From positions 35,567-99,566 of the forward strand of contig CAYYID010000007.1 of assembly GCA_964471915.1 (NCBI GenBank): 64,000 bases of DNA, written 5' to 3'. Source of the stretch: an uncultured Solibacteraceae bacterium. Its GTDB lineage: Bacteria > Acidobacteriota > Terriglobia > Bryobacterales > Bryobacteraceae. Positions 59,057 to 64,000 of the stretch are shown in pieces (within the stretch, counting starts at the first letter, position 1; each line of letters begins with the position of its first letter). Both the position numbers and the translations under genes were made by a program. The notes beneath the pieces are model-generated. The model ran no database searches and was not told the origin of the DNA. It saw only the letters and a program-made list of their open reading frames with translations.

Positions 59057-59269
59057 GTGCCGAAGCTGCCCGGAGTCCCGCACGCGCAGGCTATCCGCGC
59101 GCTGGAGAAGCTCGGATACCATGTACTGCGGGAAGGCAAGCACGTCGTCATGACCGATGGAGAACGGCTGATCGTCGTGCCGCGAAACACCCCGATCAAC
59201 GCATTCACAATGGGCTCGATTGTCGTGGCGACGGGTCTTACGGTGGAACAGTTTCGCAAACTGCTCTGA
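59057..59269 (+). CDS. hicA: HicA-family mRNA interferase toxin
   Basis: LPGVPHAQAIRALEKLGYHVLREGKHVVM...; GTG start 1 nt after the hicB stop. Confidence 0.8.
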   Translation: MPKLPGVPHAQAIRALEKLGYHVLREGKHVVMTDGERLIVVPRNTPINAFTMGSIVVATGLTVEQFRKLL

Positions 59270-59294
59270 CGGGGCGCCAAACGGGAGATCCGAG

Positions 59295-60053
59295 CTAGCG
59301 CAAGCTGGAGCGCAAGTTTTCAGCTATCTGAAGCGACTGCTTTGCCGCAGCTCGCACTCCGTCTTGCGCCTCCGTGTTCTGAGTCACGCGGGTTAGAGCC
59401 GCGATAGCTTCCGCGATGGCGGCCTTTGCTTCGCTGAGTTTGCCGCTCCGGGCCAAGGCCAACGCCAGATACATCTTCGAGTCACCAAAGTGCTTCGTGT
59501 AGACCATCTTGATGTCGGCGAACTCGGTATTCTCGGCGCTGCCCGCGAACCCCGCGGCCGATTCTTGAAGCATGCCAACCGCGGCGCCCAGATCGCCTGC
59601 AATGATCAGCGCGACACCAAGATCCTGCTGGCCTTCGGCGCACTCCGATGAGTAGTCGTCCGAGCCCGGCTTCGCCGCGCACTCCTTCCCCTGAGCTTCG
59701 AGCCGCTTCCGGTAGGCCTGGACGGCATCGGCCGGCCGCAGCAGATCCAAGTAGACCAGGCCGAATTGCTTGAAGACCGTGACTCTGCGCGAATCCAGGA
59801 AGGAGTGCCTTCGGATCATTTCCAGCGCTTGTTCGAGGGCGGAGATCGCTTCGGTGTGTTTCTTTGCGGCTCGGGCGTTGCGAGCGGCCTCGATCTTCGC
59901 GTCGCACTCCGCTTCGATCTTCAACTGCTCCTTGGGAATCCCGGCGGAGACTGTAACCGAATCCTTCCGCGACGGCAAGGGTTGGGGTTTCTGCGCAACC
60001 ACGATTCCTGACGATAAGCCTGCGAAACAAACCAGCGAGATGAAGTGCAGCAT
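59295..60053 (-). CDS. secreted TPR-like helical repeat protein
   Basis: Signal peptide, then Ala/Leu-rich helical repeats. GC content lower than the surrounding genes. Confidence 0.55.
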   Translation of the reverse strand: MLHFISLVCFAGLSSGIVVAQKPQPLPSRKDSVTVSAGIPKEQLKIEAECDAKIEAARNARAAKKHTEAISALEQALEMIRRHSFLDSRRVTVFKQFGLVYLDLLRPADAVQAYRKRLEAQGKECAAKPGSDDYSSECAEGQQDLGVALIIAGDLGAAVGMLQESAAGFAGSAENTEFADIKMVYTKHFGDSKMYLALALARSGKLSEAKAAIAEAIAALTRVTQNTEAQDGVRAAAKQSLQIAENLRSSLR

Positions 60054-60088
60054 AACGGCAGTATCATGACGGAATTATTCCGCGAACT

Positions 60089-60469
60089 CTACCGAATCAG
60101 CTTGACCCGCAGTTGCTCCGTCTCGAAATCCTTCCAGGCACGATCCGCGGTCACCGCCGTCAGCCCGTGAGCCATGGCCGTCCCCAAACACGCCCGGTCG
60201 CCGAGCGAGATCGCGTTGCCAGTCACCGGCGCGCACAGACAGGCGTTCGCGATCGCCGGGCCTTCGAACGGCAAGCTTGGCAACCGCTGGCTGTCGAGCA
60301 CCTCGCGCGCCGTCGCCAGGCTCATGCCGGCCTTCCGCAATGCCAGCAGAACTTCGAGCGCCGACACCGCGGACACCGCGCTCTCATCGAGAACCTCGCG
60401 GGCCGCGGCCTCGCCTGGTTCGGCGAAGAACAGGGCCAGCAACGCCGACGCATCCAACAGGTAGGTCAT
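60089..60469 (-). CDS. vapC: PIN-domain toxin VapC
   Basis: MTYLLDASALLALF...; conserved acidic residues. The ATG at 60469 overlaps the vapB stop (ATGA). The rest of ORF 60089..60982 is unsupported. Confidence 0.85.
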   Translation of the reverse strand: MTYLLDASALLALFFAEPGEAAAREVLDESAVSAVSALEVLLALRKAGMSLATAREVLDSQRLPSLPFEGPAIANACLCAPVTGNAISLGDRACLGTAMAHGLTAVTADRAWKDFETEQLRVKLIR

Positions 60470-60717
60470 CCGCTCTCCCGCTGGGCTTCGCGCTTCCGGT
60501 CGGCCAGGAAGGCGTCGACGACCGAGTCTTTCTGCAAACCACGGCAAAGCTCCTGAGCCCGGCGCACCGCGCTCTCGCGAGTCCACACCTGCAACTGACC
60601 CTCGGCGGTGATGCCGACGATCACCGGAGTGTCGGCGGTCCAGCCGAGTTGTTCGCGGAACCGTGCCGGCACGAGAACCCTGCCGAACTTGTCGATCTTT
60701 GCCAGTTCCGTATCCAT
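60466..60717 (-). CDS. vapB: AbrB/MazE/SpoVT-family antitoxin VapB
   Basis: Swapped-hairpin N-domain (KIDKFGRVLVPARFREQLGW). Confidence 0.8.
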   Translation of the reverse strand: MDTELAKIDKFGRVLVPARFREQLGWTADTPVIVGITAEGQLQVWTRESAVRRAQELCRGLQKDSVVDAFLADRKREAQRESG

Positions 60718-60783
60718 CTGCCAATATTGTATACAGACTGGCAGTGCACGCCAAGCCCTTTTGTTGCGTCACTGTAGGCAGGG

Positions 60784-61656
60784 ATGAGTGTCCTCGACGA
60801 TCTCCAACGCCTGATCCAGGACCCCCCTCCGGCCCATCTCTTTGAGATCTCGGAGGCAGGGATCGCCATGGCCAACCTCGAAGGCGCGCCGCGGCTGGCG
60901 TTCGAAGCGCTGGAGCCGGGCGTGCTCGAAGTCGGCCCGTTGCACGACAACATAAAGAAAACAGAACACTTAGCCAAGGCAATCGAGGCTCTCACCCCGG
61001 TCAACGGACGCCGCAACCGGCCTGCCGCGCTGATTCTGCCGGACTTCGCGGCGCGGGTTTCGATCCTCGACTTCGACAAGTTCCCTTCGAACGAAGACGA
61101 GCAGCTCTCGCTGGTGCGCTTTCGGTTGAAGAAAGCCCTGCCGTTCGACATCGAGTCCGCCATGGTGAGCTACTATTCCCAGCCGGGCAAGGGGAATCAG
61201 GTGGAGGTGATCGCGTCGGTGGTGGCGCTTGAGATTCTGGCGCGCTATGAGCAGGTGTTCCGGGGCGCGGGGTTCCATCCCGGCTCCATCACTACCTCGA
61301 CGCTGGCGATGCTGAACCTTTACTCCGGCGCGGGAACGGGCGTGGTGGCAAAGAAGTCGGGCCGGGTGTTGACCATTTCGGTGATGCGGGACGGGATCCT
61401 GAAGCTGATCCGGTGCCTGGAGGTCGCCTCCGGCCATGAAGCCGAGGAGACCGCGGCGGCGCTGCTGCCGACGCTGGCTTTCGTCGAGGACCAGTTGGGC
61501 GCGCCGGCGCGCCGGCTGCTGCACTGCGGTTTCGGCCAGCAGCCGCCGATGCCCGGGATCCCGGGACTCGAAGTCGAACCCCTCGGATCGCGCTTTGGAA
61601 CACCCGGCGAATACAACGCGGGACTCCTGGGGTACCTCGAAGGAGCCGGGGCGTGA
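60784..61656 (+). CDS. PilM-like pilus/secretion assembly protein
   Basis: Gene order and size fit the first gene of a pilMNOP-like cluster, but the canonical actin-like N-terminal motif is not obvious. Confidence 0.5.
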   Translation: MSVLDDLQRLIQDPPPAHLFEISEAGIAMANLEGAPRLAFEALEPGVLEVGPLHDNIKKTEHLAKAIEALTPVNGRRNRPAALILPDFAARVSILDFDKFPSNEDEQLSLVRFRLKKALPFDIESAMVSYYSQPGKGNQVEVIASVVALEILARYEQVFRGAGFHPGSITTSTLAMLNLYSGAGTGVVAKKSGRVLTISVMRDGILKLIRCLEVASGHEAEETAAALLPTLAFVEDQLGAPARRLLHCGFGQQPPMPGIPGLEVEPLGSRFGTPGEYNAGLLGYLEGAGA

Positions 61657-62228
61657 GCCAGCGCTACTCCATCAACCTGGCGAGCGAGCCCTTCCGCCGG
61701 GACCGGCCGCTGCTGGCCGCGTCCGTCGCTCTGGGCGTGATTCTGATCGGATTGGCAGGGCTGCTTGGCTGGATGGTGTACCAGGAGCGCGGGCGCCTGG
61801 CCGAAACGCGCGAAGCCGTGGACCGGATGCAGCGCGACGTGGCGCGCCTGGACGCCGACCAGGCCAAGCTCGACGCCCAGTTGCGCGAGCCGCGCAACGC
61901 CGCCGTGCTGGAGCGCAGCCTGATGCTGAACACGCTGCTGACGCGCAAGGGAATCAGTTGGAACCGCATCTTCTCGGATCTGGATAGGGTGATGCCGCAC
62001 AACGTAAAGCTGATCCAGGTGCGGCTGCCGCAGGTGAACCAGAACAACGAAGTGCTGCTCGACATGATTGTCGGCGCGCAGTCGCCGGAGCCCGTGCTCG
62101 ATCTACTGAAGAAGCTCGAAATGTCAGCCCGATTCGGCCCGACGTCCGTCCACACGTCGCTGCCGCCCACCGAGAACGAACCTTTGTACCGCTACCGCGT
62201 GAGCGTGACCTATGCCCAGAAGCTCTGA
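61653..62228 (+). CDS. PilN-like inner-membrane assembly protein
   Basis: INLASEPFRR + one TM + coiled coil is PilN-typical. The GTG start overlaps the upstream stop. Confidence 0.7.
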   Translation: MSQRYSINLASEPFRRDRPLLAASVALGVILIGLAGLLGWMVYQERGRLAETREAVDRMQRDVARLDADQAKLDAQLREPRNAAVLERSLMLNTLLTRKGISWNRIFSDLDRVMPHNVKLIQVRLPQVNQNNEVLLDMIVGAQSPEPVLDLLKKLEMSARFGPTSVHTSLPPTENEPLYRYRVSVTYAQKL

Positions 62229-62829
62229 CCTGCGGGCGCTGCTGCAGGCGCGCGACACCAAGACGCTGGTGCGGCTGGGGCTGGGCCTGCTGCTGGTGGT
62301 GAACCTCGTGCTGTTCGGGCTGGTGCTGTACCCGCCGGGCGGCTCGGCCGGCGATCTCGAGACGCAGCTGCAGGCGTTGCGCGGGCAACTGCAGCGCAAG
62401 CGGCTGCAACTCGACCGCACGCGCGCCCTGGCGTCGAAGGTGCAGAAGGGCCGGGAGCAGGGCGATGCGTTTCTGGGCAAGTATTTCCTGAACCAGCGCC
62501 TGGCCTTTTCGCAGGTGCTGGCCGACTTGAACGCCGCGGCGAAGCAGTCGCAGATCAAGCCCCGGGAGGCGAGCTTCGAGCTGCTGCCGATCGAAGGCTC
62601 GGACGACCTGAGCATGATGACCATCACCGCGAACTTCGAGGGCACTTACGCGGACCTGATGCAATTCGTGCGGGTGCTCGACCGGATGGACCGTCTGGTG
62701 ATCGTCGAGAGCCTGCAGGCGTCGCCGCAGCAAGGGCGTCCGGTGCTGGATGTGCGGCTGAAGCTGGATACGTTCGTGCGCGACGACGGGGCGGGGTTGC
62801 CGGCCGGTTCCTCGGCGGGGGGACAGTGA
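62212..62829 (+). CDS. PilO-like assembly protein
   Basis: N-terminal TM, coiled coil, C-terminal PilO-like domain. Confidence 0.6.
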   Translation: MPRSSDLRALLQARDTKTLVRLGLGLLLVVNLVLFGLVLYPPGGSAGDLETQLQALRGQLQRKRLQLDRTRALASKVQKGREQGDAFLGKYFLNQRLAFSQVLADLNAAAKQSQIKPREASFELLPIEGSDDLSMMTITANFEGTYADLMQFVRVLDRMDRLVIVESLQASPQQGRPVLDVRLKLDTFVRDDGAGLPAGSSAGGQ

Positions 62830-62830
62830 C

Positions 62831-63559
62831 ATGGCGATGAACCTCGGCGCGGAACCAAAGAAAGTGCTGGCCCTGGTGGGGCTGCTGGCGGTCGCGCCCG
62901 CAGCTTACTACTGGGCATCGCAGCCGGACACGGCCGGGCCGGCGGGATCCGCCGCCGCGACCTCCGCCGCGCGGCCGGCGACGCCGCAGCAGATCCGGTC
63001 GGCGCCGCGCGTCGCGCAGACCCCGCGCCGCGCCGGGGCGGGCAGCCGCACGCTGGGCGAGTTCAAGCCTTCACTGAAGGTCCCCGAGGGGACCGACCTG
63101 ACCAAGATTGACCCGACGTTGAAGCTCGACCTGTTCACGCAGGTGCGCAACGCGCCGGCCGAAGCCGGCGCCCGCAGCCTGTTCGATTTCGGCGCCGCGG
63201 CGCCGCCCACCATGCCGCAGATCGCGGCGCTGCCGAAGGTGGCGCCCATCAAGCCCGGGTTCCGCGAGTACGGCCCGCCGAAGCCGGAGCCGCCCCCGGC
63301 GAAGGTGACGCCGCCCCCGCCGCAGGCGCCGCCGATCCCCTTGAAATACTACGGCTTCCAGATGCCGCGGCCCGGCGCGAAGAAGGCTTTCTTCCTCGAA
63401 GGCGACGACATCTTCGTCGCGGCCGAGGGCGAGCTGATCAAGAACCGCTACAAGGTGGTGCGCATCGGCGTAAACTCGGTGGTAGTGGAAGACACGCAGT
63501 TCCAGACCGCCGCAAACGCGCAGCAGACGCTGCGCCTGGAGCAGGAGAACGCGGGATGA
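62831..63559 (+). CDS. PilP-like lipoprotein/assembly protein, Pro-rich
   Basis: Signal/TM; Pro-rich linker; C-terminal beta domain (YKVVRIGVNSVVVED). Confidence 0.5.
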   Translation: MAMNLGAEPKKVLALVGLLAVAPAAYYWASQPDTAGPAGSAAATSAARPATPQQIRSAPRVAQTPRRAGAGSRTLGEFKPSLKVPEGTDLTKIDPTLKLDLFTQVRNAPAEAGARSLFDFGAAAPPTMPQIAALPKVAPIKPGFREYGPPKPEPPPAKVTPPPPQAPPIPLKYYGFQMPRPGAKKAFFLEGDDIFVAAEGELIKNRYKVVRIGVNSVVVEDTQFQTAANAQQTLRLEQENAG

Positions 63560-64000
63560 AGCGCGAGGTACAGCGGAAGCCGGGCGAGCGCGGGTTCGCG
63601 CTGTTGCTGGTGTTCCTGATGGCTTCCGTAATCGCGCTGTTCCTGTACCGGCAAGTGCCGCGCGCGGCCTTCGAGGCCCAACGCGACAAGGAAGAATTGC
63701 TGATCGAGCGCGGGGAACAGTACAAACTGGCCGTGCAGCGCTACTTCGTCAAGTACCGCAAGTTTCCGCAGGACGTGAAGGAGCTGGAGAACACCAACAG
63801 CCTGCGGTTCCTGCGCCGCCGCTACATCGATCCGTTGACGGGCAAGGACGAATGGCGCCTGATCCACGTCAACGCCGCTGGCGTGCTGACTGACTCGAAG
63901 GTGCAGCCCTTCCAGGATCCGCTGAAGTCGGGCCCGGGCAGGACCGACACCACGCAACAGACCACCGCGGGGTCCGAGAGCGCCGTGAACCAGGCGGCGA
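63556..64000 (+). CDS. GspK/minor-pseudopilin-like protein, 3'-partial
   Basis: The ATG at 63556 overlaps the upstream stop. The N-terminus QRKPGERGFALLLVFLMASVIALF resembles GspK-type pseudopilins that lack Glu+5. Runs off the right edge. Confidence 0.4.
   Translation, partial: MKREVQRKPGERGFALLLVFLMASVIALFLYRQVPRAAFEAQRDKEELLIERGEQYKLAVQRYFVKYRKFPQDVKELENTNSLRFLRRRYIDPLTGKDEWRLIHVNAAGVLTDSKVQPFQDPLKSGPGRTDTTQQTTAGSESAVNQAA

Noticed and set aside
60470-60982. Upstream extension of ORF 60089..60982 (297 aa)
   Set aside because: It overlaps vapB on the same strand in another frame and is Arg/Pro-rich junk. vapC starts at the ATG at 60469, which overlaps the vapB stop.

Overview
This is a high-GC (about 65-70%) bacterial chromosomal segment, very densely coded. 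I recognise Acidobacteria-like gene content (inference): an ADOP-type duplicated FtsX permease, an Oar-like carboxypeptidase-regulatory-domain TonB receptor, and many secreted hydrolases. Most of the window is ordinary housekeeping or envelope genes: MFS and MATE transporters, ABC systems, S9, M1 and S15 peptidases, GGT, folK, ruvB, a beta-carbonic anhydrase, ldhA, Fe-ADH and hyuA. The parts I think deserve a second look are: (1) at 16.3-19.3 kb, a tRNA-Asp-adjacent pair of peptidoglycan-targeting proteins (LysM+PG-binding; PG-binding+M23 peptidase) that both lack export signals; (2) at 30856-31386, a UGSC-family selenoprotein gene with an in-frame TGA (selenocysteine) that the ORF track splits in two, sitting opposite an isolated flaG-fliS pair; (3) at 47.0-49.0 kb, a lower-GC Dcm-type C5-methyltransferase / HNH endonuclease / Vsr cassette with overlapping stop/start codons; (4) an ABC permease::M1 aminopeptidase fusion operon; (5) a five-gene ABC-ATPase / double-FtsX / LolA-like / OM barrel / small coiled-coil operon; (6) two pairs of small uncharacterised genes (14439-14908; 22809-23618); (7) an orphan classic-clade AAA ATPase with a novel N-domain next to a toxin-antitoxin-rich patch (hicBA, vapBC); (8) a frameshifted CaCA antiporter, a degenerate tRNA-like element and a 660-bp palindrome-rich non-coding gap. 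No CRISPR array, rRNA, transposase or integrase was recognised. All calls are made by eye from the sequence and the supplied translations; I ran no searches.
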